Below, piece after piece: positions 38,994-48,104 of a stretch of 64,000 bases of DNA. The translations under genes were made by a program, and so were the position numbers. The DNA is taken from assembly GCA_937899865.1 (NCBI GenBank), contig CALBRH010000054.1, forward strand, positions 1 through 64,000, given 5' to 3'. The stretch's first letter is position 1. Every line of letters starts with the position of its first letter. The notes beneath the pieces are model-generated. The model was not told where the DNA came from and ran no database searches. It saw only the letters and a list, made by a program, of their open reading frames with translations. The stretch is from an uncultured euryarchaeote. GTDB taxonomy: Archaea; Thermoplasmatota; Poseidoniia; Poseidoniales; Poseidoniaceae.

Positions 38994-39647
38994 TTAGATA
39001 ATTATCCTATCAGCAATTTCTTTGCTAAGTTGGACAGTCATGTCAGCAACCTGATACGAACCCTGTTCAATTGACTTAATCTCAGCCCCTACTGCAATAT
39101 TCAAATTATTCAAAAAATGTATGTCTGATTTACCTGCAACTATCATTTTGATAGTTGAAGATTCACCTTGAGAAAGTTGATTTAAATTTTTAAAATCTTG
39201 AATTGAAGTGTTTACTCTTGATTCAATATCTTCGGACATTGAAGGTATGGGAGTTCCACTTGGATCAATTTGAGGATTATTGAAGTATATTGTAAGAGCA
39301 ACTTCTAGGTCGTCATCAATCGCATGCTCTAATCTGCAAGCCGTAGCATGTTGATTTCCATCAAATGGTAAATGCTGTAGCAGAACTTCAGCTAATCGAT
39401 GGCGTCGCTTCATTTTTTTTCCATAAACCAACCCTTTGTCAGTTAACGTAGAGCCTTTGTATGGAATATATTCCAAGTAGCCCTTAGAAGCCAGTCTTTG
39501 AACCATTTCAGTTGTTGAAGCAGGAGTCACTCTAAGCGCTTCTGCTAAATCTCCTGTCCTAACTCTAGCATCAGGGTCTTTTTCATAAAATTGATACATC
39601 ATCTCAAGATACTCATCTTCAAATTCTTGAAAATGTCCTGCTGACAT
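38994..39647 (-). CDS. DtxR/MntR-family metal-dependent repressor with FeoA-like C-terminus
   Basis: EYLEMMY, DLAEALRVTPASTTEMVQRL, RRHRLAE, ACRLEHAI. Confidence 0.9.
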   Translation of the reverse strand: MSAGHFQEFEDEYLEMMYQFYEKDPDARVRTGDLAEALRVTPASTTEMVQRLASKGYLEYIPYKGSTLTDKGLVYGKKMKRRHRLAEVLLQHLPFDGNQHATACRLEHAIDDDLEVALTIYFNNPQIDPSGTPIPSMSEDIESRVNTSIQDFKNLNQLSQGESSTIKMIVAGKSDIHFLNNLNIAVGAEIKSIEQGSYQVADMTVQLSKEIADRIII

Positions 39648-39678
39648 GTTATCACCCTTATATTATGCATTATTGAAG

Positions 39679-42174
39679 TTAACCATCTTTTGACTTAAAA
39701 ATCATCTTACATGAGGGGCATCTAACTGAGCCATCGTATGATTCTGGGATTCTGAGACTTTGAGAACATTCTGGGCATGAAATCTCAACCTTTCCATCAT
39801 TAATATCCTCTATTAACTCCTCTTCTTCTTGAACTTCTTCCTCATCTATATCTTCTGAACCCACTTCGAAACTATGTGAACAATCAGGACATCTCACAGA
39901 ACCTTGATAGTTTTCAGGAACTCGAAGTTGTCTGGAACAAACTGGACAACTGATTTCAATCTTAACATCGGATAATTGAACAGACTCATTTTTGCGAGTT
40001 TTAACCTCTGACTTTGGCTTCTTTGGCTGTCTATTTGAATTCTCACGAATTCGAATCATCAAAATAATTAGAGAAGATACTGCTAATCCTCCCAATATTC
40101 CTGACCAAGGAATAGTAAAACTATCAGATGATTCCTCTGTGACAATTGATGAGAGGAAGATATTATCGATTTGCAGTGTATCACCACCATAATCCCACTT
40201 ACAATTTAGTCTAACTTCATCTCCTTCTGGCCAAGCAAAACTAAAGGAAATTGTTTTAGATGACCCTGCAGCAATCGGTGTTGTGCTTGATTCTGCAAGT
40301 TTAAATCCATCTCTATCATAAAGAATAATTGTTCCACTTTCACCTGTAATAGAGCCTTGATTTTCCAACAACACTGTCACACTAGCTGTTTCACCTGCTA
40401 CAGGACGGTTTGGATTCGATTGTGAATTGAAGCTGATTGTGTATTGAGGCCTATCTTGAGGTATAGATTTAGTAAATGAGGAGAATGAAGATTCTGATGT
40501 CCAATTTATCTCTTGAACTCTAATTATTACATACTCCGCATCTACAAAACCAAAATTGAATGTATCGCCTGAAGAACCTGCACTAATTGTCATGTCAACA
40601 TCATAAACAATCGTATCATCTAAGTTACTACCATATCCCAATTTCACATTTATCTCCCGATCTATACCTGATGATAGATTAACCAGCCAATTGGCTGTCA
40701 CTCCATCATCAATAGTCCATGAAACATCATATAATGACAGTTCAAAACTTTGCCTTTCCGAGACAGGAAGTAATATCTCACCAGATATATCATCAGCAAT
40801 TTCACCATCAGTTGAATATAGTGACCAATTAAACTGTTCCGTACCAGAAACTAATATTGGAACAGTAATCGTAACTTCACCGGCCTCATCTGGCCCTAAT
40901 GACACCATACTGCCTTGATAATTTCCTGCAGAGGATTCCATTTTTAGTGAAACATTACCTTGCTTTGTACCGGTATTTCTTACTAACAACGAGAATGTTG
41001 ATTCATCCCCTACATGCCATGGCCCATCAGTTGTTGAAGGCGTAAAACTACCCGCATACTCGAATAATGCCGATTCGACAGTAAATGTCTCCGTTGAAGT
41101 ATTAATCGATGATGGGTCAATTCTTTGACCTGACAAGTAACATACTAATTCACCAGGCTTCAAAATAATAGTAAAGTCTACATTTGTATTCGAAGATGAT
41201 TGAACAATTATTGCTGAATTATAAACAATTTCTTGATCGAATAAACAGGTCTTTTCACCTGAAAAATCAACAGTACCATTATTGTAAGTTTGTACTGTAA
41301 TCTCTAAATTTTCGCCAGAAACTAAATTCTGACCATCATAAACTATTGAAGTTTCTAAAATTGGTAGTGGTGGAGGATTAACACTAGCAGTGAAATTTTG
41401 AAAGTTATCTGTAATGTAATCATCTATGGTCCCATTTAGGCTTATCGATATCGAAAAGAAGCCCTCAAAAACTTGTACTGTTGAATTAAAATATACGATT
41501 TTTGTTGACATTCCATTGAGGTCAAATACCGCTGAAGATTGCTGTTCTGAGGTAATTCCGTTATCTAAAGATAAATTTACGCTTCCAGTCCAAAGATAAT
41601 CTCCGCTATTGATTATGGGAATTTGAAGCTGAACAAAATCTCCATCACTTAAGGAATAATTACCAGTTAATACAGAATTAGAATCAATCGATTCTAAGAT
41701 AATTGATGATTCTGGTGCTATTGAAATATTTAGCGGATTCAATCTATGAATCGTTCTTTGAAAATTCGAAATATCGTTTTGTGATTCAATACCTACATCA
41801 CCTGTCAAGCCGACTGAAATTATTGTGTAGCCATAATTCAATGATGTGAAATTATACGAAATCTCTTGTTGCACTCCCTCGACTAAATCATAAGATATGC
41901 TTGAGTTGATTAGTACGGTTCCATCTATGGCTGAGGCTTCAAAATAAACCTGCCCAACATAATTTACTCCAAGCCCTTCATCGGTTGAAGAAAGGTTAAA
42001 TTCTAATTCGAAATATGATTCATCGGTAGTTTGAAAGTCAACCAGGTTAATAGATTCTGATTCAATAGTAACTCCACCTCCACTTGCAGATGCTATAGGA
42101 GCATTAAATAGAAATAAAAAAGTCACAAAAATAGCAAAAAATGTAACATAATTCCTGTTACAATCACCCGCCAT
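39679..42174 (-). CDS. Surface protein with CARDB/Ig-like domains, TM anchor and two cytoplasmic zinc ribbons
   Basis: Signal peptide; VRNTG and LENQG CARDB-like motifs; TM; CPVC..CPDC and CPEC..CPSC repeats. Confidence 0.75.
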   Translation of the reverse strand: MAGDCNRNYVTFFAIFVTFLFLFNAPIASASGGGVTIESESINLVDFQTTDESYFELEFNLSSTDEGLGVNYVGQVYFEASAIDGTVLINSSISYDLVEGVQQEISYNFTSLNYGYTIISVGLTGDVGIESQNDISNFQRTIHRLNPLNISIAPESSIILESIDSNSVLTGNYSLSDGDFVQLQIPIINSGDYLWTGSVNLSLDNGITSEQQSSAVFDLNGMSTKIVYFNSTVQVFEGFFSISISLNGTIDDYITDNFQNFTASVNPPPLPILETSIVYDGQNLVSGENLEITVQTYNNGTVDFSGEKTCLFDQEIVYNSAIIVQSSSNTNVDFTIILKPGELVCYLSGQRIDPSSINTSTETFTVESALFEYAGSFTPSTTDGPWHVGDESTFSLLVRNTGTKQGNVSLKMESSAGNYQGSMVSLGPDEAGEVTITVPILVSGTEQFNWSLYSTDGEIADDISGEILLPVSERQSFELSLYDVSWTIDDGVTANWLVNLSSGIDREINVKLGYGSNLDDTIVYDVDMTISAGSSGDTFNFGFVDAEYVIIRVQEINWTSESSFSSFTKSIPQDRPQYTISFNSQSNPNRPVAGETASVTVLLENQGSITGESGTIILYDRDGFKLAESSTTPIAAGSSKTISFSFAWPEGDEVRLNCKWDYGGDTLQIDNIFLSSIVTEESSDSFTIPWSGILGGLAVSSLIILMIRIRENSNRQPKKPKSEVKTRKNESVQLSDVKIEISCPVCSRQLRVPENYQGSVRCPDCSHSFEVGSEDIDEEEVQEEEELIEDINDGKVEISCPECSQSLRIPESYDGSVRCPSCKMIFKSKDG

Positions 42175-42263
42175 ATAACTCTCAATTCGTTATGGTTATT
42201 GACCTTCACGCAAAACCATCCCCCTGCGCCATGTTTTTCAACATTGAATTTCACCCGCCGTAT

Positions 42264-42953
42264 ATGACACCCGAGGACTTACTACGTGTTGAGCCAGAAG
42301 TCCTTGCAAAATTAATTCTCCACAAACGAGAAAGAATTTCACAATCACTACCAAAAATCATCGAATCATTAGGGGAAGAAAAGCACACTGCGGAGAATTT
42401 AGCACGAAAATCAAGAGCTGAAAAAGAAGACTTAGAGCCGAAGGTGAGTAACCTATACTATGAGCGAGCAAAGGTTGTTGCAGAACTCAATGACAAATTT
42501 GACACAATTAAATTTGAAAATGATGAAAAAGATAGGTTTGATGAAATTTCTGAAAAACTTAAGTCAAAACAAACGAGTGTTGAAAATTTTAATAAAATTC
42601 TTTCTGAAATCGTAGAACTTTGTTCAAAATATGGTGGAAAGATTGAGCAATTAACCTCATATAAATCTTCAATGAAGGCTAATGATGCATTATCCGAAAT
42701 AATTGATGATTTTGAAAATGCCAAAAACAGATGGAATGAAAATGAATCTAACAGACGCAGATTAGAATCAAAATTCACCAAACTATCTACGAATCTAAGA
42801 GATTCAAGTACCTCCAAAGATTATTGGCAAGATAAGTTGAATTCAGATTTTGAAGATTTATTGATTGATGCCAAACGTGTTGCTGAAGGAGGGCTTTCTA
42901 GTAGACAGCTGTCCCGTAACAATAAAGGTAAAAATAACTCAAGGAGGCCTTAA
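42264..42953 (+). CDS. Coiled-coil protein
   Basis: Heptad-rich ORF; likely start MTPEDLL; stop lies 1 nt before the proposed start of the nucleotidyltransferase. Confidence 0.7.
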   Translation: MTPEDLLRVEPEVLAKLILHKRERISQSLPKIIESLGEEKHTAENLARKSRAEKEDLEPKVSNLYYERAKVVAELNDKFDTIKFENDEKDRFDEISEKLKSKQTSVENFNKILSEIVELCSKYGGKIEQLTSYKSSMKANDALSEIIDDFENAKNRWNENESNRRRLESKFTKLSTNLRDSSTSKDYWQDKLNSDFEDLLIDAKRVAEGGLSSRQLSRNNKGKNNSRRP

Positions 42954-42954
42954 C

Positions 42955-45024
42955 TTGTTAGCAGATTTTGAACAATCAAATATTGATTTAAAATATCTAG
43001 TAAATTATGGATATGTGATAAAAGCAATCAAAGGTGATGAACTATTTAGCGAGACAAAAATAAGTTCTGATTACATCTCTAAACTTGAAAGCCAATTAAC
43101 TCTATTTGTCGAATCACAAAAAATTACCAAACCTCTAATTCAGCGAAGAAATGGTATCATCAAACACCTAAGGAAAATTTTGACAAACAAATTCATCAAT
43201 TCAAAACTATCCTCTTTTGGCTCCTTCGAGTCAGGGTTAAGCCTATCAAACGGTGATATCGATTTATGCTTAGAATTCAATGGAGAGTCCCCAAAGAAGG
43301 TTCTGAATAAAATCGCTAGAATGTTAAATCAAGATAGTATGAAAAATGTGAAATTAATCACTAATGCCAAAGTCCCAATTGTAAAATTTATTGATAGTCA
43401 ATCGATGATTCCTGTAGACATATCAGTGAATAACAATTTATCAGTTTACAATACAGAACTACTTCGAAGATATTGCGATGTCGATCCAAGGGTAAAACCA
43501 TTCATTCTAGCGATCAAGTATTGGGCTAGAAACAGAGGGATATGTGAACCAACATCTGGAACATTCTCATCTTATGCATGGACACTAATCGCGATAAATG
43601 CGCTGCAAACCATGCAAGAACCAGTAATACCTAACCTATGCACTAGAGATGGAACTAATGTTGTTGAGATTGATGGTCAAAATTATGATGTCTCTATGCA
43701 AGATGTTTCTAATTCTAAATTTATCTCGAAAAATAATGAAACTGTAGCCGAACTAATAATATCATTTTTCTCGAATTTAGCCACCAATTGGCCATGGGAT
43801 GATTTTGTTATTTCTGTTCGAGAAGGTGCACTTATTACAAGAAAGCAGAAAGGTTGGAATCATCAAAAACCCAAAATTAGCAATGCTATACAAGATAAAA
43901 AAATAATGCGTCTTGGTAAACACTCCCTTCCTGTAGAAGACCCATTTGATGAGATTCATGACTTGAGTATTGTTTTAGATGCTGAAGGAGTGTTTGAAAT
44001 TAGAGATGAAGTTTTACGTGCATATTCTTTGTTGCATGAATATAATAATTGGGAAACGATATGTGAAGTAAAATACCCTGAGTTAATTCCTGAATCACCT
44101 CAATTAGACCTTTTTGGCGACCTAAGAAATTTGTCAGAATCTGAAATTAAGACGGATTTGGAAAACTTATATTCTCAATTGAATATAGTAGAGAAAAGTG
44201 TATCTATTCGTGAAAGTGAGAGAAATGATGCAATAAGAATGTCAAAGGCTTTGAGAAGAAATGCTGAGTTAGCAAAAGAACAATCTGTACTATCATCTGA
44301 ATTAAGACCAAGAAGATCGCAAATCGATGAAGCTCAAAGTAAGCGAGATTCAAGTAACAATAACTACATACCCGTACATTTAATTGAGGATGAGTTACAC
44401 CGAACATATCACAACTTAACTAAGCAATCTGAAACTGGTATTGAATTATCATTTGAAAAAGAGAAGGCCTTATTTTCTTGGTTTTTTGAATTACAAAGCA
44501 TGCATGAACATGCTAAGATAACAAGAAAACACCATCGAGAATTTTTGCGATTGGTCAATCAACAAGAAAACGCAATTAATCATATTAAGGACATAAAGCA
44601 TGAAATCATCGATGTCAAAAATTTAGGGAATTTTAGAGACTTTGATGATTTAGCAAAAAGATTGCTTATTGAATTAAATCCTTTGAAGAAAGAACGGCGA
44701 AAACTCCGTCGTGAAGTTGGTCGATTAGAAGCATGGCTGAGAAAACAAAAACATACACCAAATAAGCAACAACATAAAAATCGAAAATCTCGAACTACGA
44801 GAAGAAAAAATGATACGAATGTTAAAGAAATCAAAAATAAAGTTATTTCTGGTGATTCCTTTTCCCTGCAAGACCTCGATTTATTACTGAAAAGTGGTGG
44901 GCTAAAATCTGTCAATAATCAATCTGATAATAATAAAAAAAGTAATAATCAAAAGACCAAGAAAAATAAACCTACTTTGCAACCACATAGAGGGAAAAGA
45001 GGCAAATCATCTAAAAATATTTGA
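42955..45024 (+). CDS. Cid1/TUT-family non-canonical terminal nucleotidyltransferase (predicted TUTase) fused to a COG1340-like coiled coil
   Basis: FGSFESGLSLSNGDIDLC, AKVPIVK, VDISVNN, YNTELL..Y...DPRVKP, IKYWAR, GTFSSYAWTL, KGW, VEDPFDEIHD. Proposed TTG start at 42955 follows AGGAGG; the ORF track opens at 42865. Confidence 0.85.
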   Translation: MLADFEQSNIDLKYLVNYGYVIKAIKGDELFSETKISSDYISKLESQLTLFVESQKITKPLIQRRNGIIKHLRKILTNKFINSKLSSFGSFESGLSLSNGDIDLCLEFNGESPKKVLNKIARMLNQDSMKNVKLITNAKVPIVKFIDSQSMIPVDISVNNNLSVYNTELLRRYCDVDPRVKPFILAIKYWARNRGICEPTSGTFSSYAWTLIAINALQTMQEPVIPNLCTRDGTNVVEIDGQNYDVSMQDVSNSKFISKNNETVAELIISFFSNLATNWPWDDFVISVREGALITRKQKGWNHQKPKISNAIQDKKIMRLGKHSLPVEDPFDEIHDLSIVLDAEGVFEIRDEVLRAYSLLHEYNNWETICEVKYPELIPESPQLDLFGDLRNLSESEIKTDLENLYSQLNIVEKSVSIRESERNDAIRMSKALRRNAELAKEQSVLSSELRPRRSQIDEAQSKRDSSNNNYIPVHLIEDELHRTYHNLTKQSETGIELSFEKEKALFSWFFELQSMHEHAKITRKHHREFLRLVNQQENAINHIKDIKHEIIDVKNLGNFRDFDDLAKRLLIELNPLKKERRKLRREVGRLEAWLRKQKHTPNKQQHKNRKSRTTRRKNDTNVKEIKNKVISGDSFSLQDLDLLLKSGGLKSVNNQSDNNKKSNNQKTKKNKPTLQPHRGKRGKSSKNI

Positions 45025-45078
45025 AGAGGTGATTAAATTTCCAACCTCCAGTGGATTTTAGGGCCAAAGCCAGAAGAA

Positions 45079-45513
45079 ATGCCAAAAAGCTGGCAATCAA
45101 AAATTACTGAATTATTCATATCTGAAACTGGTGAAAGTTATACAGAAAATACATTTAGAATGCTAAGTATACCCGAATGGTTTGGAAATAAAATCCTCAT
45201 AGACACTAGTCTCTATCCACTGCCAGAATCACTAATGGGAGTAATGTGGTCTAAGCCTTTATTGGAAAATCGGATTCGTATAGTAGCTTTAGTCATCGAT
45301 AAAAAAGTCCAAAATAATTCTCATGGGACAATGATACTTGATGATATAATTGGACACTCAAAATCTGAAGGTAAAATAATGATTCAGTTAGAAGTTCGTA
45401 AATCAAATATTAAGGCTCAAAAATTCTATTCTCGTCACGGCTTGAAAATAGAAAAGACACTTAAAAATTATTATTCAAACGAAGATGGATTTCTTATGGT
45501 AGGAAATCTTTGA
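45079..45513 (+). CDS. GNAT N-acetyltransferase (RimI-like C-terminal half)
   Basis: LEVRKSNIKAQKFY...NYYSNEDGFLM. Confidence 0.8.
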   Translation: MPKSWQSKITELFISETGESYTENTFRMLSIPEWFGNKILIDTSLYPLPESLMGVMWSKPLLENRIRIVALVIDKKVQNNSHGTMILDDIIGHSKSEGKIMIQLEVRKSNIKAQKFYSRHGLKIEKTLKNYYSNEDGFLMVGNL

Positions 45514-45553
45514 TTGTGACTAAAAATTATACACCCAACCGATATGACAAAGC

Positions 45554-45886
45554 ATGGAAGAGTTTGTAGTCTCCGACTTAATTGATTCAAGTTACATCCT
45601 CAGTGCTGCAATACTTGATGATCAAGGATTCGTTATCTCTTCAAAGCCTAATGATAGTAAAACCAAAGAGCAACTATCGAAGTTTGCTGAAATACTCTAC
45701 TCATCTGAAGATTATGACCAGACATCAATAATTACTGAAGAACGAATTATAATTATTCACAAATTGGTAAAAGATTTCACATTAGTCGTAGGATGTGAGA
45801 CAAATTCTAATTTAGGATTGTTAAGGAATGAAATTTCTAGCGCAGTATCTCGATTAAACACTTACTTCGATTCAACATCTCGTTAA
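45554..45886 (+). CDS. Roadblock/LC7- or profilin-like protein
   Basis: AAILDDQGFVISS...IIIHKL...LVVG...NLGLLR pattern, 110 aa. Confidence 0.6.
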   Translation: MEEFVVSDLIDSSYILSAAILDDQGFVISSKPNDSKTKEQLSKFAEILYSSEDYDQTSIITEERIIIIHKLVKDFTLVVGCETNSNLGLLRNEISSAVSRLNTYFDSTSR

Positions 45887-45991
45887 TCGATGGATTCATC
45901 CAAACAATTGATGATATCAAGCATTAAATGGGGGATACAGTTCGCCATAACAGTGTAAGGTGGGAATCTTGCACGCAAGGTGAGTATTGTA

Positions 45992-46861
45992 ATGAGCGAA
46001 ATTAATCAAGTTCTTGAGCAAAAAAAGAATATGGTAAATGAAAAAGCAACTAAATTCCGTGAGACACGAGACGAGTGGAACAAGAAATCCAAAACTCATT
46101 CTGCAGCAAGAAATGAATTAAATGCTGAAGTCAAAGAACTGATCGTTCAAGTTAGAGAGCAGAGAGAAATTAGAGAACAAATGAATGAAATGGTTCGTGA
46201 AAAGAAAGTTATTCGTCAAGAAGCAAATAAGAAAGTCAAAGAAATTAAATCTCGTATGGATTCATCAAGAGGCCCTGTAGAGCAAGATAATTCACGCGGT
46301 AAACGTGGCCAGAGACCTATTACTTCTCATCAACTCAGAAAAGAACTTGAAAGATTGGAAAGAGAATTCGAACAAGGTAGACACACCGGTAAGAATGAAA
46401 AGAAAGTTATGAAAAGAATGAAGGAAATAAGTTCCAAACTAAAACAAATGACTTCTATTGATGATAGTAATGAAGACATGAAAGGTCTTCGAGAAGAATT
46501 AAAAATTGCTCTTGCAGAACAAGAGGATGCTCATGAAGAAGTACAAACTGCTGCAAATGCTGCTCAAGAAGCACATGAATTAATGCTACAGTGGAACAAA
46601 GAAGTTGACAAGCAACGAGAAAAGGCGGAATCATGCCATAGAGAGTTACGCAAATCCAAGAAAGAAGCTGACAAAGCACATCACTTGTACATTGTATCTT
46701 TACGCTGCTTGCACTCAATACAAGACATGTCCGCTGCAATGTCTGGTAATGATGTAGAAGAAGGCGGTTCTAAGGCAAGAGTTGAGGTACAAGATTTGAT
46801 GACTAAATTGATGTCTGGAGATACTCTTTCTACTGAAGAATTGATGCAATTGCAAAAATAG
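45992..46861 (+). CDS. Archaeal coiled-coil protein (COG1340-like)
   Basis: RDEWN..RNELN..REQMN repeats, LRKELERLEREFE, C-terminal KLMSGDTLSTEELMQLQK; AGGTGAG RBS. Confidence 0.8.
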   Translation: MSEINQVLEQKKNMVNEKATKFRETRDEWNKKSKTHSAARNELNAEVKELIVQVREQREIREQMNEMVREKKVIRQEANKKVKEIKSRMDSSRGPVEQDNSRGKRGQRPITSHQLRKELERLEREFEQGRHTGKNEKKVMKRMKEISSKLKQMTSIDDSNEDMKGLREELKIALAEQEDAHEEVQTAANAAQEAHELMLQWNKEVDKQREKAESCHRELRKSKKEADKAHHLYIVSLRCLHSIQDMSAAMSGNDVEEGGSKARVEVQDLMTKLMSGDTLSTEELMQLQK

Positions 46862-46908
46862 AATAATGTCAAAAACAAAATACCGAGTCAACTAATCGAT
46901 GAAGAGGC

Positions 46909-48072
46909 ATGACCATGATACAGAAGGACGATATTGCCCAAATCGTCGAAGAATATGACCAATTGAAATTAAGAATTGGCATGACTGCTTCGCATTCAGC
47001 ATTGGATATATGTGATGGAGCAATAGAAGAAGGATTTCCTACCGTTGCATATTGTAAGGAAGGTAGACACAAAACATACGCCAATTATTTCAAGGCACAT
47101 CGTACAAATTCTGGAAGAGTTAAACGAGGCATGGTAGATAAAACAATTATTATGGAATCGTTTAATGATGTTATGAAAGAATCGATGCAAGTAGAAATGA
47201 GAAAGAGAAATGTAGTATACATACCTAATCGTTCATTTACTTCTTATTCAACAATAGATGATGTAGAAAATAATTTCCATGTTCCATTGTTTGGCTCAAG
47301 AAATATGCTTCGTATGGAAGAGCGCACTGAGGAACAAGATTATTATTGGATTCTAGAAAAAGCAGGATTACCATTTCCTGAAGCAATACAAAATCCTGAG
47401 GATATTGATTGTCTAGTAATCGTAAAACTGCATCATGCACAGAAAAAATTAGAACGTGGTTTCTTCACATGTGCATCTTATCAAGAATATACTGAGAAGT
47501 CTCAAGCGTTATTGAAAAACGGTGTTATTGATCAAGCATCACTAGATGGGGCAAGAATAGAAAAATACGTCATTGGACCAGTATTTAACTTAAATTTCTT
47601 TTACAGTCCATTAGCAGAACAAGGAGAAAAATTAGAATTGCTTGGGGTCGATTGGCGATTTGAATCTTCATTAGATGGTCATGTAAGATTACCTGCTCCA
47701 CAACAAATGACTATGCCATTGCATCAGCAAATTCCTGAGATGACTGTTGTAGGCCACAATACAGCTACAATTAGAGAATCTTTGCTGGAAAAAGCATTCG
47801 AACTAGGCGAGAAATTCATCAAGGCTAGTAAAGAGCATTACGACCCAGGTATTATCGGGCCATTCTGCTTGCAAACTTGTATTGACAAAGACATGAATTA
47901 CTACATTTATGATGTTGCACCTAGATTGGGCGGGGGCACAAATGTACATGTCAATGTTGGCCATCCTTATGGCAATGCTACTTGGAGAAAGCCTATGTCA
48001 AGTGGCAGAAGAATTGCTATGGAACTACGTATGGCAGCTGAGCAAGATAGACTTCTAGAAGTACTAACCTGA
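46909..48072 (+). CDS. purP: FAICAR synthetase PurP family (ATP-grasp)
   Basis: SHSALDI..GAIEEGF, IPNRSF, GHNTATIRESLL, IGPFCLQ, RLGGGTN, GRRIAMEL. Confidence 0.88.
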   Translation: MTMIQKDDIAQIVEEYDQLKLRIGMTASHSALDICDGAIEEGFPTVAYCKEGRHKTYANYFKAHRTNSGRVKRGMVDKTIIMESFNDVMKESMQVEMRKRNVVYIPNRSFTSYSTIDDVENNFHVPLFGSRNMLRMEERTEEQDYYWILEKAGLPFPEAIQNPEDIDCLVIVKLHHAQKKLERGFFTCASYQEYTEKSQALLKNGVIDQASLDGARIEKYVIGPVFNLNFFYSPLAEQGEKLELLGVDWRFESSLDGHVRLPAPQQMTMPLHQQIPEMTVVGHNTATIRESLLEKAFELGEKFIKASKEHYDPGIIGPFCLQTCIDKDMNYYIYDVAPRLGGGTNVHVNVGHPYGNATWRKPMSSGRRIAMELRMAAEQDRLLEVLT

Positions 48073-48104
48073 TAACTTAATTGTTTGTTATCAATTCTTT
48101 TCTA

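Noticed and set aside
42865-45024. TUTase gene as eukaryotic contamination
   Set aside because: No introns, local base composition, archaeal-style RBS, tight packing with neighbours and fusion to an archaeal-type coiled coil. Read-level confirmation is still advisable.
45887-45991. C/D-box sRNA in the roadblock to coiled-coil gap
   Set aside because: A TGATGA is present, but there is no suitably placed CTGA box D.
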